Source: Candidatus Latescibacterota bacterium
Lineage (GTDB): Bacteria; Latescibacterota; UBA2968; UBA8231
Assembly (NCBI GenBank): GCA_965208105.1
Contig: OZ242318.1
Coordinates: forward strand, 1,504,001 to 1,568,000
Direction: 5' to 3'
Length of the DNA stretch: 64,000 nt
Every line of letters starts with the position of its first letter. Position 1 is the first letter of the stretch. Both the position numbers and the translations under genes were made by a program. A model generated the notes under the pieces. The model was not told the origin of the DNA, did not search any database, and saw nothing but the letters and a program-made list of their open reading frames with translations. This document shows positions 49,403 to 59,004 of this stretch, piece by piece.

Positions 49403-50142
49403 TCGACGGCAACATGGTAATCGACTTCCACGGCCACGTGGGGCGCTTCGAGATCTTCCTGGCCTTCGACGACCCCGACACCATGGTGCGCGCCATGGAC
49501 GCGGCGGGCATCGACAAGTCCTGCCTCTTCAACATCTTCCATCCCGACGGCACCCTGGGCAACGACCTCACCGCCACCTTCGTCGCCCGCCATCCCGACC
49601 GCCTCATCGGCTTCGCCTACGTGTCTCCCACCATGCCCGGGCGCATGGTCCCCGAGCTGGAGCGCGCCTTCGACGAGCTCGGCTTCGCCGCCATCAAGCT
49701 CTATCCCCCCTACACTCCCTACAATGCCGACCACCCGGTCTGGGACCCCGTCTATGGATTCGCCGACGAGCGCGGGTTGGCCATCATCGTGCACACCGGC
49801 GCCGACGAGGAGCCGCGCTTTCTGGGCGCAGCCGCCCCGCGCTTTCCCGGTGCGGTCTTCATCGCCGCCCACGCCGGCAACTCCGAACCTTACCGCACCC
49901 AGTGCGTCGAGGCAGCCCGCCGCAGCCCGAATTTCTACGTGGAGACCTGTTCCACCTGGCGCACCCCGGGCGCCATCGAGGGTCTGGTGGAGAAAATCGG
50001 CGCCGACCGCGTGCTCTACGGCTCGGACACCGCTCTCATGGACCCGCGCGCCCAGATCGGCAAGATCATCACCGCCGACATCGGCGACGAGGACAAGCGC
50101 CTCATCCTCGGCGCCAATGCCCGGCGCCTGCTCAGACTTTGA
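49399..50142 (+). CDS. Amidohydrolase_2 family metal-dependent hydrolase
   Basis: IDFHGH, IKLYP, VHTG, AHAG, RVLYGSD and LGANARRL; ATGA overlap with the upstream gene. Confidence 0.9.
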   Translation: MIDGNMVIDFHGHVGRFEIFLAFDDPDTMVRAMDAAGIDKSCLFNIFHPDGTLGNDLTATFVARHPDRLIGFAYVSPTMPGRMVPELERAFDELGFAAIKLYPPYTPYNADHPVWDPVYGFADERGLAIIVHTGADEEPRFLGAAAPRFPGAVFIAAHAGNSEPYRTQCVEAARRSPNFYVETCSTWRTPGAIEGLVEKIGADRVLYGSDTALMDPRAQIGKIITADIGDEDKRLILGANARRLLRL

Positions 50143-50307
50143 ATCCCTGAAACCGGACGAATCCGCAACCGCGGCCAGGACGGCGGGGGATCCAGGTTCA
50201 GCCCTCGAACCGCCGGACCGAAGACCCCGGGACCTCACCCCATCCACCGGGACCTCCGGCGCAACCGTCCTCCACCGGCCGGGCGCCGGCCTGCCGACCG
50301 GGGATGC

Positions 50308-51147
50308 TCAATCACCGGTCCCGTCAGAGACGATCTTCTTGGTGTGGCGGTAGGGCGCGGCCTCGATCAGCTCCAGCATCTCCGGAGAAAGGCGCGCCTT
50401 GATCTCCTCCCCGAACGGATCGAAGGATCCCCAGGCGCTGTACTGGGTCTGGTAGCGCAGGGTGAGAAAGCGGCGGTCGCGGTCCCTGGGCTTCCAGTTG
50501 AGAGCGCCATGGGTGAGGGATTCGGTCATGAGCACCGCGTCCCCGGCCCGCGGTGTGATGTTCACCACCCCGGGAGGGACCTCGTAGGACACGTAGTCCG
50601 GACGGCGGTCGCCGTTATCGTCGAGGCTGTCGCCATAGAACAGGCCCGGCGGGCGCTCGAACTCGCCCTTGTGCGAACCGGGCACTACGATCAGTCCCCC
50701 GTCTCCGGGAAGGACGTCGGTCAAATAGAAGAAGATGACGAAGAAGTCGTGGTAGACCTTGCCGTCGCGGCAGATGTAGTGGGGCATATCCGGGCCGGCT
50801 CCCTCCCGGGCGGAGTGCAGGTGGTGGAACTCGTGCTCGTGGGTGTCGACCATCATATTGCCGAGGACGAAGCGCGGCCTGTCGTTGGTCAACTCCCGCA
50901 CCAGGGGCCAGGTCTCAGGGTGCATCACCAGGGCCTCCAGCGCCTTGTCGAAGGCAAAGGCGTGGAAGTACCAGCCGAAGTGGTTGCGCTCACTGTCGAA
51001 ACCGAATCCGGGAGGCAATTCCTCCGGGGGCGTGGCGATATAGCGCTCGGCGGCCTCCTGCGTGCGGCTCAACTCCTCGCCTTCGAGAACCTTTTCCAGG
51101 TGGAGATAGCCGGTCAGATCGAATAGATAGTGTTGCTCTGGAGTCAT
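50308..51147 (-). CDS. PhyH-family Fe(II)/2-oxoglutarate oxygenase (HxA variant), paralog of 31517-32305
   Basis: MTPEQ.Y.FDLTGYLHLE, LHSARE, GGLIVVPGSHK and LTHG. Confidence 0.88.
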   Translation of the reverse strand: MTPEQHYLFDLTGYLHLEKVLEGEELSRTQEAAERYIATPPEELPPGFGFDSERNHFGWYFHAFAFDKALEALVMHPETWPLVRELTNDRPRFVLGNMMVDTHEHEFHHLHSAREGAGPDMPHYICRDGKVYHDFFVIFFYLTDVLPGDGGLIVVPGSHKGEFERPPGLFYGDSLDDNGDRRPDYVSYEVPPGVVNITPRAGDAVLMTESLTHGALNWKPRDRDRRFLTLRYQTQYSAWGSFDPFGEEIKARLSPEMLELIEAAPYRHTKKIVSDGTGD

Positions 51148-51160
51148 CGGGTTCTCCTTT

Positions 51161-53275
51161 TCACCTTCCCACCCTGACCGCTCTTACGCGGTTGTTGTAG
51201 CGGTCGCTGATCAATAGAATGCGGCCGTCGTAGAAGCACAATCCCTGGGGCGTGTTCAGCCGCGCCCCGGTTGCCGGACCGCCGTCCCCCGCATCTCCTC
51301 CTTCGCCGCAGCCGGCCACCGTCTCCAGGGTCCCGTCCCGGGCGATGCGCCTCACCCTGTGGTTGCCCGAATCTGAAAAATATATCTGTCCACCGGGGGA
51401 GACGGCCACGCCCGACGGGGTATCGATCTTCGCCGCGGATGCCGGCGTGCCGTCCGCCGCGCATCCAGCCTGCCCCGTGCCCGCAAGGGTCGAGATGATT
51501 CCGTTGCGGTCCACCTTGCGAACCACGTGATGGGCGCTGTCGGCAAAGTAGATCCGGCCCGCGGCATCGCAGCATATGGCCATGGGATCGCCGATGCGCG
51601 CCCGGGTCGCCGGGCCGCCGTCGCCGCTGTAGCCCGGCAGACCGATACCCGCCGCCGTGGTTATGATTCCCGTGCCCGCGTCCACCCTGCGGATGCGGCC
51701 CACCCCGTCGCCGATGTAGATGTGATCCCCGGGCCCGTGGGCCACGGCGAGGACGCTCACCAGGCAGGCGCAGCGGGCGGGACCGCCGTCGCCCTTGTCC
51801 CACTGAAACGCGGCGCCCGCCAGGTTGTGGATGGTGCCGCCGCGGTCCACCCCGCGCACGTGTCCGTGGCGGGTGTCGGCGATAACCACCTGGCCGCGGG
51901 AATCCACCGACACGTCGTGGGGGTTTCCCAGGTAGGCCTCGACCGCGGGGCCGCCGTCGCCGCCGTAGGCGCGGGCGCCGTTGCCCGCCACCGTGCGAAT
52001 GCTGCCGTTCTCGGCGGAGATGGCCCGGATGCGCTGGTTCCAGGTGTCGGCGACGTAGATGTCCCCATCGGGGCCGACCGCCAGACCGTCGGGGCCGCAG
52101 AGGAAAGCGCTGGTGGCCGCCTCGCCGTCGTGCACGCTGGTGCCTCCCAGCGCCGTGGTCACGATCCCGGTCGCGCCGTCGCAGCGCCGCAGGCGGCCCG
52201 AGCAGTCGCCCCAGTAGACGGTGCCGTCGGCGTCGGCCCAGATCCCCGACTCGCAGGAGTTGCACCGGGTGCGGGAGCCGTGCAGGCCTTCCTCCCCGAA
52301 GCCGGGCACCCCGTCCCCCACCAGGGTGGTCACGATGCCGGTGGCCGCATCCACCTTGCGCACCCTGAAGCCGTATTTCTCGCCCACGTAGAGGTTGTCG
52401 TGGACGTCGAAGCAGATGGCGTCCGGCATCAGGGTGCTGGCCTCCACCGCGGGACCGCCGTCGCCGTTGGATGCGCGCTGGCCGTTGCCCAGCACCGTGG
52501 TGACGATGCCGCTGCGGCGGTCGATCCTGCGAATGCGGTCGTTCGAGTTGTCGCACACGTAGAGGTTGTCCCGGGAGTCCAGGGCCAGGTGCTCGGGGTG
52601 GTAGAAAGCCGCTTCGGCAGCCGGTCCGCCGTCTCCGTGGTAGCCCATCAGGCTGAGGCCCGGTCCGGCAAAGGGGCGGCTCGCCCCGCGCTCCGAAGGA
52701 TAGTGGCGCGCGCTGAGGCCATAGACGGTCTCGATGATTCCCGTCTCGGCGTCCACGCGGCGGATATTGTTCATCCACTCGCTGGAGAGGAAGAGATCGC
52801 CGGCAGCGTCCACCGCTACTCCGCTGGTGCAGTCGAGTTCGGCCTCCACGGCGGGACCGCCGTCGCCGCCGCGGCCGCGGCGGCCGCTGCCGGCCGCACG
52901 GGTGATGACCCCCGTGCGGCAGTCGATGCGGCGGATGGTATCGTTGCCCAGGTCGGAGAGGTAGAGGTTGCCCTCCCGGTCCTGGCACAGGTCGTGGGGG
53001 TGGTAGAAACGCGCTTCCAGGGCAGGACCGCCGTCGCCCCTGTCGCCCGGGACCCCGTCCCCGGCGAAGGCGTGCAGAACCCCCTCCCGGTCGATGCGCC
53101 AGATGCGGTGGGCGTTGTAGTCGACCACGATGAGATCGGCGTCGGGTCGCCGCACCACTCCCAGGGGCCAGCCGGCGTCAGCTTCCCGCGCCGGAATGCC
53201 GTCGGCGTATCCCACCCCGGCGACCGTCGTTATGCATCCCTCCGGAAGGGCGTCGAAGCGGCTCTTCAATTTCAT
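51161..53275 (-). CDS. NHL-repeat (teneurin-like) beta-propeller protein, no signal peptide
   Basis: About 11 repeats of the pattern GDGGPA..A....P.....D..G.LY..D..N..IR..D..TG.I.T.AG. Confidence 0.9.
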   Translation of the reverse strand: MKLKSRFDALPEGCITTVAGVGYADGIPAREADAGWPLGVVRRPDADLIVVDYNAHRIWRIDREGVLHAFAGDGVPGDRGDGGPALEARFYHPHDLCQDREGNLYLSDLGNDTIRRIDCRTGVITRAAGSGRRGRGGDGGPAVEAELDCTSGVAVDAAGDLFLSSEWMNNIRRVDAETGIIETVYGLSARHYPSERGASRPFAGPGLSLMGYHGDGGPAAEAAFYHPEHLALDSRDNLYVCDNSNDRIRRIDRRSGIVTTVLGNGQRASNGDGGPAVEASTLMPDAICFDVHDNLYVGEKYGFRVRKVDAATGIVTTLVGDGVPGFGEEGLHGSRTRCNSCESGIWADADGTVYWGDCSGRLRRCDGATGIVTTALGGTSVHDGEAATSAFLCGPDGLAVGPDGDIYVADTWNQRIRAISAENGSIRTVAGNGARAYGGDGGPAVEAYLGNPHDVSVDSRGQVVIADTRHGHVRGVDRGGTIHNLAGAAFQWDKGDGGPARCACLVSVLAVAHGPGDHIYIGDGVGRIRRVDAGTGIITTAAGIGLPGYSGDGGPATRARIGDPMAICCDAAGRIYFADSAHHVVRKVDRNGIISTLAGTGQAGCAADGTPASAAKIDTPSGVAVSPGGQIYFSDSGNHRVRRIARDGTLETVAGCGEGGDAGDGGPATGARLNTPQGLCFYDGRILLISDRYNNRVRAVRVGR

Positions 53276-53413
53276 GGTTGCAACTCCTCTCTAACCTTCG
53301 TCCCGCCGGTTCCACGGGAAGGGAATCACCCGCGGCGAGGCAGAGGGGCAAGCTCCCGCGGCACCGCAGCCCGGGCGCCGCCCCTGGGCGGGCACAGTCC
53401 TTTCATGCACATC

Positions 53414-54571
53414 CTATATGCCCCGGATGGTTCCCCCGCTCGCGCTGGTATGAGGCAGGGGAGGACACGCGGCAATTTCCTCCTCGACCAGCTCCAGCCC
53501 CCAGCCGGGCGCCGAGCCGAGCTCCACGTAGCCGTCGCGCTGGCGCTCGAATCCACGGCATACGGCAAAGTAGGAAGCATCGTAGAACTCGGCGTGGTAC
53601 TCCTGGATCTCGAAGTTGACGATGGACGCGCAGAGATGCATCTCGGCCATTGCCCCCACCGGGGAGCACACGTTGTGCGGGGCCATGGTGATGTGCCTGG
53701 CCTCGGCGATGGCGGCGATCTTCTTGAGCTCGGTGACCCCGCCGGCATTGGCGATGTCGGGCTGCAGCACGTCGGCGGCGTGGGCCTCCACCAGGCGCGC
53801 GAAGGGAAACTTGGTGTAGAGCCTCTCGCCCGTGGCGATGGGGATGTGGACCTTGCGACGCACCTCGAGGAGCTCGGAGATGTTCTCCTCCGAGACCGGC
53901 TCCTCGTACCACATGGGCCGGTATTCCTCCAGGCGCCTGCCCAGCTGGACCGCGGTCATGACGTTGAACTTGGCGTGAGCTTCGACGAGGATGTCCACCT
54001 TGGGCCCCACCGCCCGCCGCACCGCGGCAACCCGGTCCTGGGCGAGCTGCGCCTCCTCGAGTGAAATCCGGTAGTAGTTGGCCTGGCCGAAGGGGTCGAA
54101 CTTCAATGCGGTGTAGCCCATGTCGACGACCTTGCGCGCCTCTTCCGCGTTTTGCGCCGGGGTGCCCGGATTGGTGTACCAGCCATTGGCGTAGACCCTG
54201 ATCCTGCGGCGCTGGGCCCCTCCCAGGAGCTGGTGGACCGGACGGCCCAGGATCTTGCCCTTGAGGTCCCACAGGGCGATGTCGATGCCCGAAAGCGCCG
54301 TGGTGGCCAGGCGCCCACCGCGGGCGTGGGGTCCGTGGTACAGGGTGGTCCAGTGGACCTCGCTGTCCAGCGGGTCCGCCCCCTCCAGGTAGCGGCTGAC
54401 GAAATAGCGCGTCAGGCTCCTGACCTCCTCGTCGTGCTCCATGGAGCTGGCGTCCCCAAGTCCGTAGAGGCCGGGATCGTCGGTATTGAGCTTGACCACG
54501 AGCCAGTTGCGCGAGGCATTGCTGTGGCGGGCCGAGAACCGGCGGAACTCCACGTCCTTGATGACGGGCAT
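53414..54571 (-). CDS. Mandelate racemase/galactonate dehydratase-like enolase-superfamily enzyme
   Basis: SGIDIALWDLKGK, ALKFDPF, WYEEP, IATGER, QPDI..AGG and APHN; start ATG 54571. Confidence 0.92.
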   Translation of the reverse strand: MPVIKDVEFRRFSARHSNASRNWLVVKLNTDDPGLYGLGDASSMEHDEEVRSLTRYFVSRYLEGADPLDSEVHWTTLYHGPHARGGRLATTALSGIDIALWDLKGKILGRPVHQLLGGAQRRRIRVYANGWYTNPGTPAQNAEEARKVVDMGYTALKFDPFGQANYYRISLEEAQLAQDRVAAVRRAVGPKVDILVEAHAKFNVMTAVQLGRRLEEYRPMWYEEPVSEENISELLEVRRKVHIPIATGERLYTKFPFARLVEAHAADVLQPDIANAGGVTELKKIAAIAEARHITMAPHNVCSPVGAMAEMHLCASIVNFEIQEYHAEFYDASYFAVCRGFERQRDGYVELGSAPGWGLELVEEEIAACPPLPHTSASGGTIRGI

Positions 54572-54985
54572 TTGCCATTCCTTCCACTTGTTTCCCGGGA
54601 CCTGGCAGGCAGGTGGCGAAAAGCCATGCATCGGTCCTGTGGTCCCCTGGCTGGCAGGGCACCCCGCCGCGCCTTCATCCCCCTTGCTGCCCATCGGGAC
54701 CCGGCTCCAACCCGGCGGCCGGGCGGCGGCCTCTGCCGGACTTCGGTTGGAGGTCCCCGCTCCCCGGCAAACCCGGCTCAGGGCGCCAATTCTAACAAGA
54801 ACGAGGGCCCGGCGCCAGCTATCGGGCCATTGACAAGGCTCCCCATAAACCCCTTTATCCCCTCTGCATTTTTACGGCAGCCGCAGGAAAACCCCGCGAG
54901 GCTCCTAACGCTCCGGCGGACCTGGTCCCAAGAGGCGGGGACATGCCCGGTCCGGTTTGGTTGCCCGAGAAGGGACGAGAATGGA

Positions 54986-56407
54986 ATGAGCGCGGACGAG
55001 GAATTCGTCGTGCCCACCGGCCAGCGCCAGTTGTTCATCGACGGCCACGGGATCGAAAGCATGGACAACCTGGCTCGCCGCCTGCACCAGCCGTCGAAGA
55101 AGGGAGCGGTCATTCGGCCGGACTTCACCCGGGGTGAGCGCGGGGTGCAGACGCGCAGCGCCCCCCACTGGGACCCGGAGGCGGAGGCATTCCGCCTGCT
55201 TGCCGACGGGGAGTGGTACCGCAGCCGCGACGGAATTCACTGGATCAGGGAGGACAGGCAGCCCCGAGGCGGGGACCGCGGTCCAGCTCACCACCTCCTG
55301 TGCGACGGCGGCGATGCCGAAAGGCGCTACAAGGGCTTCACCATGCACACCCTCGACCTGGACACGGGCAAGGTGGTGGAGGACGATGCGGAGATTGCCG
55401 ACCCGGAGGGAAAGCCGTGGCCGGGGAAGAAATTCGCCGGCATGCTGGACTTCGCCGTCTCCTCCGACGGCCTCCGCTGGAGGAAGCTGCCGCCTTCTCT
55501 GCCCAGCGGCGACGAGCAGAACCTGAGCTATGATCCCCTGGGCCGGCAGTACGTCGCCACCATCAAGCGCGGCGGGGAATACGGCCGCGCCCATGCCATC
55601 ACCACCAGCCAGGACTTCGAGAACTGGAGCGAGCCGGAGCTGACCATTCAGGCCGACGGCCTCGACCAGGAACTGGGCCGCCTGCACATCGCCGAGTATC
55701 TCGAGACGTCCAATGCGGACTATCTCAGGCCCTTTCCCCGCACGCCCCAGTGGCAGTGGCACAACGTCGACATCTACAACGCCGCGGTCTTCCGCTACGA
55801 GGGGATCTTCCTTGCCCTGCCCGCCGTCTACCACGCCCGCGGCGAACGCTGGACCAGCCACACCCTGCGCTTCACCCTGATCCAGCTGTGGTGCAGCCGC
55901 GATCTGCGCAGCTGGGAGCGGGTGGACCGGCGCGGGACCTTCATCCCCTGGTCGCAGGGAGCATCCGGCGCCTACGACCTGAACAAGAACATGCCCCCTT
56001 CCTGCCCCCTGGTGCGCGGAGACGAGCTGTGGTTCTACTACACCGGCGGCAAGGAATACTCGGTGTATCCCGACCCCGATCCCGACCGCTTCGCCGTCTG
56101 CCTGGCTCTGCTGCGGCGCGACGGCTTCGTCTCGGTGGACGCCGGCGCCGAGGAGGGCGCGATCCTGACCAGGCCATTCGCGCCGCCCCGGGGATCACTG
56201 CGGGTCAACGCCGACGCCCGCCATGGCCGGCTGAAGGTCGAGGTCACCGACATGGAGGGGCACCCCCTGACCACCTCGGAGCCGATCGAGGGGGACCACC
56301 CCCGTTTGGAGGTGCCCTGGAGCGCGGGGGCTCCCACCAAAGCTGGTTCCGTGCGCCTGCGCTTCACCCTGCGCCGCGCCAGCCTCTACTCCTACTGGTT
56401 CGAGTGA
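54986..56407 (+). CDS. Putative glycoside hydrolase-like beta-propeller protein (paralog 2)
   Basis: QLFID, S.DG..W, TSQDFENWS, YEGIFL, SRDLRSWER, ELWFYY.G and LRRDGFVS. Confidence 0.65.
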   Translation: MSADEEFVVPTGQRQLFIDGHGIESMDNLARRLHQPSKKGAVIRPDFTRGERGVQTRSAPHWDPEAEAFRLLADGEWYRSRDGIHWIREDRQPRGGDRGPAHHLLCDGGDAERRYKGFTMHTLDLDTGKVVEDDAEIADPEGKPWPGKKFAGMLDFAVSSDGLRWRKLPPSLPSGDEQNLSYDPLGRQYVATIKRGGEYGRAHAITTSQDFENWSEPELTIQADGLDQELGRLHIAEYLETSNADYLRPFPRTPQWQWHNVDIYNAAVFRYEGIFLALPAVYHARGERWTSHTLRFTLIQLWCSRDLRSWERVDRRGTFIPWSQGASGAYDLNKNMPPSCPLVRGDELWFYYTGGKEYSVYPDPDPDRFAVCLALLRRDGFVSVDAGAEEGAILTRPFAPPRGSLRVNADARHGRLKVEVTDMEGHPLTTSEPIEGDHPRLEVPWSAGAPTKAGSVRLRFTLRRASLYSYWFE

Positions 56408-56468
56408 GATCTCAGATGCAGACCCGGGAATCCACCTGAACATCAACCCCACTCACAGCGAGGCCGAA

Positions 56469-57971
56469 ATGAAATACTTGTTCATCGACGACGGCGACCT
56501 GGAAGAAATCGACAACCTTGCGCGCAAGCTGCACCAGCCGCAGAAATTCCCCCGCAACGTGGCTCTGCGCCCGGAGCACCGCTGGGAGAACTGCGCCATT
56601 CAGATCCGCACCACCCCTGCCTGGGTGCCCGAGGAGGGCGTGTTCAAGGCCATCTACATGGCCTCTTCCGAAGGACCCGATCCGCAGGTCACCCTGGACG
56701 TGACCGGCAATCCCGAGGGGGGCGAGTCGTTCTTCTGTCTGGCCACCTCCAGCGACGGAGTAAACTGGGAGAAGCCGACCCTGGGCCTGCACGATTATCC
56801 CGGCCTGCTGTGGAACGGCAAGCGCATCGGCACCGAGAACAACATCCTTCCCACCGAGGGCAGAATGCTGCTGGCCCCCATCTACGACCCTCTCGATACC
56901 GACCCGGGGCGGCGCTACAAGGGCATGGGCTGGTTTCCGGAACGGTCCGGTCTGACACCGGCGGTTTCCGCCGACTGCATCAACTGGACTCCGCTGGCTC
57001 ACAGCAACGTCCCCAGCTCCGACGAGGCCCACCTCACCCATCTGCGCCGGGAAAAGCTCTTCGTCGCCATGGTGAAGAACCGGGGGCCGGACGGCCGCGC
57101 ACCCTACGGCCGCAGCTTCTGCCTCACCACCAGCGAGGACTTCGAGAACTGGAGCGCGCAGGAGCTGGTTTTCCACGCCGACCAGCAGGACCAGGAGAAC
57201 GGCATGGAGCGCATCGCCCGCTTCGTGGAGGACCCCGAGTACCTGAGCCCGGTCTACAACCGCCCCGAGGAATACCGCACCGACGTCTACAACTTCCCCG
57301 CCTTCAGGTACGAGGGCCTCTATCTGGCGCTTCCCGTCATGCACCACTGGACCGGCAAGCATCCCCCCCTCTACGAGAACGTCGACAGCCGCAAATCGGT
57401 GGAGCTGGCCTCCAGCCGCGACCTGCGGCGCTGGGAGCGGGTGGCCAACCGGGCGCCCTTCCTGGAGCTCTCCAGGGTGGGAGACGGCAGCGCCTACGAT
57501 ACGGGCCAGCTCCTGGTCACCAACGGCCCGGTGGTGCGCAACAACGAGCTCTGGTTCTACTACCTGGGATGCCGCCACCGCAGCCAGTCCATCGCCGATA
57601 CCCTGAACCGAGAGTACCTGGACAGCACCGCGGCGTGCATGGCGCGGCTGCGCATGGACGGCTTCGTGTCCCTGAAGGGAGGCGTGGAATGGGGCTCCCT
57701 GCTGACCAGACCGGTCACCGTGGAGAACGACCGCCTCCACCTCAACGTCGACTCCTGGCGCGGCCAGGTGAAGGCGGAAATCCTCGACCCCGACGGCAAC
57801 CGGCCGCTGCCGGGATTCGGCGCCGAGGACTGCATTCCCGCCGTGGTGGACAGCATCGACGAGCCGGTGCGGTGGAAGGAGAAGGAGGACCTCTCCGAGC
57901 TCCGGGGCAGGAAGGTTCGCATCCGGCTTTCCATCCTGCAGGGCGAGCTCTATGCCTTCTGGTTCGCGTGA
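56469..57971 (+). CDS. Putative glycoside hydrolase-like beta-propeller protein (paralog 3)
   Basis: LFIDD, SSDGVNWEKP, TSEDFENWS, YEGLYL, SRDLRRWER, ELWFYY.G and LRMDGFVS. Confidence 0.65.
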   Translation: MKYLFIDDGDLEEIDNLARKLHQPQKFPRNVALRPEHRWENCAIQIRTTPAWVPEEGVFKAIYMASSEGPDPQVTLDVTGNPEGGESFFCLATSSDGVNWEKPTLGLHDYPGLLWNGKRIGTENNILPTEGRMLLAPIYDPLDTDPGRRYKGMGWFPERSGLTPAVSADCINWTPLAHSNVPSSDEAHLTHLRREKLFVAMVKNRGPDGRAPYGRSFCLTTSEDFENWSAQELVFHADQQDQENGMERIARFVEDPEYLSPVYNRPEEYRTDVYNFPAFRYEGLYLALPVMHHWTGKHPPLYENVDSRKSVELASSRDLRRWERVANRAPFLELSRVGDGSAYDTGQLLVTNGPVVRNNELWFYYLGCRHRSQSIADTLNREYLDSTAACMARLRMDGFVSLKGGVEWGSLLTRPVTVENDRLHLNVDSWRGQVKAEILDPDGNRPLPGFGAEDCIPAVVDSIDEPVRWKEKEDLSELRGRKVRIRLSILQGELYAFWFA

Positions 57972-58116
57972 AAACACCCGCCCGCCCCGGTGATCGGGCT
58001 CCGGGCATCCCGCCGGACCCCGGAGCCCGGGAAAACCCGGGGAGGTCCAACAGCGAAGGCCATCATCCGCCCACCTGCGGCGCGGATGGGGCTGACAACC
58101 CACAGGAGAATTCTAC

Positions 58117-58902
58117 ATGCGGAGAAGCAAAGTTCTGAACAAGATTCGCAGCGGCAAATGCGCCCGCATCTGCGGCATGGGGCATTACCTGCCCTTTCTC
58201 GTGCGCTACGCCGCCCACTTCAACTTCGACGGCATCTGGTTCGACCTGGAGCATCGGGCAATGGGCGACCGCGAGGTCCAGAGCGTCCTGACCCTGGCCC
58301 ACTACAACGACATCGACATCATGCTGCGGCCTCCCACCACCGAGCGCACCCGCCTCTACCGCTATCTCGAAGACGGCGCCACCGGGTTCATGATCCCCTT
58401 CGTCTCCGATGCCGGGACCGCCCGCGCCCTCGTCGAGGCGGTCAAGTTCCCCCCCATGGGCAACCGGGGCCTCGACGGCGCCGGCCTCGATGCCGACTTC
58501 GCCCTGGACTACTGGAAGGATCCCGATTCCTACCTCGATGGCGCCAACCGCGAGACCTTCATCGTCGCCCAGATCGAGACCCCTGAAGCGCTGGACAACC
58601 TGGACGATATCGCCGCCGTCGATGGCATCGACCTGCTCTTCGTCGGACCCGGCGATCTCGGCACGAGGCTGAGACGCGCCGATGGAGTCGACCTGGAGGA
58701 GGCCATAGTCCAGGTCGCCGAGACAGCGAAGAAACACGGCAAGGCCTGGGGCATCCCCGGCTCCTCCCCGGAAGCCATGGCCCGCTATCACGCCCTGGGG
58801 GCGCAGATGCTCGCCATGGGAGGAGACTTCAGCCTGATAAAGGTGCTCGAGGAAAGCGCTGCCGAGTTCGACAAGCTGCCGGGAGAAAGCGGGGCCGGCT
58901 GA
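58117..58902 (+). CDS. HpcH/HpaI class II pyruvate aldolase
   Basis: DLEH, KFPPMGNRG, AQIET and LFVGPGDL. Confidence 0.92.
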   Translation: MRRSKVLNKIRSGKCARICGMGHYLPFLVRYAAHFNFDGIWFDLEHRAMGDREVQSVLTLAHYNDIDIMLRPPTTERTRLYRYLEDGATGFMIPFVSDAGTARALVEAVKFPPMGNRGLDGAGLDADFALDYWKDPDSYLDGANRETFIVAQIETPEALDNLDDIAAVDGIDLLFVGPGDLGTRLRRADGVDLEEAIVQVAETAKKHGKAWGIPGSSPEAMARYHALGAQMLAMGGDFSLIKVLEESAAEFDKLPGESGAG

Positions 58903-58904
58903 TC

Positions 58905-58933
58905 CCTTAGCCGCGGAAACTCCGCGGCTAAGG
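58905..58933. repeat. Perfect 13-bp inverted repeat between the aldolase and SGNH genes
   Basis: CCTTAGCCGCGGA-AAC-TCCGCGGCTAAGG; no U-tract. Confidence 0.8.
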
Positions 58934-59004
58934 CGTCCGGCCGGTCCAGCAAGGCGGAGGACGGCCGCACCGGGCCGCCCACGGCGACAACCAAGGAGAG
59001 GGAA

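Noticed and set aside
50143-50307. Short GC-rich repeats (CCGGGACCTC twice) as a CRISPR or REP array
   Set aside because: Only two 10-bp copies with no regular repeat-spacer period and no cas genes; no CRISPR array was seen anywhere in the window.
51527-54064. 845-aa plus-strand ORF and similar long antisense or alternate-frame ORFs (e.g. 35888-37816, 28499-30064, 13537-14949, 56412-58103)
   Set aside because: Shadow ORFs of well-supported genes, expected in high-GC DNA; no recognisable motifs.
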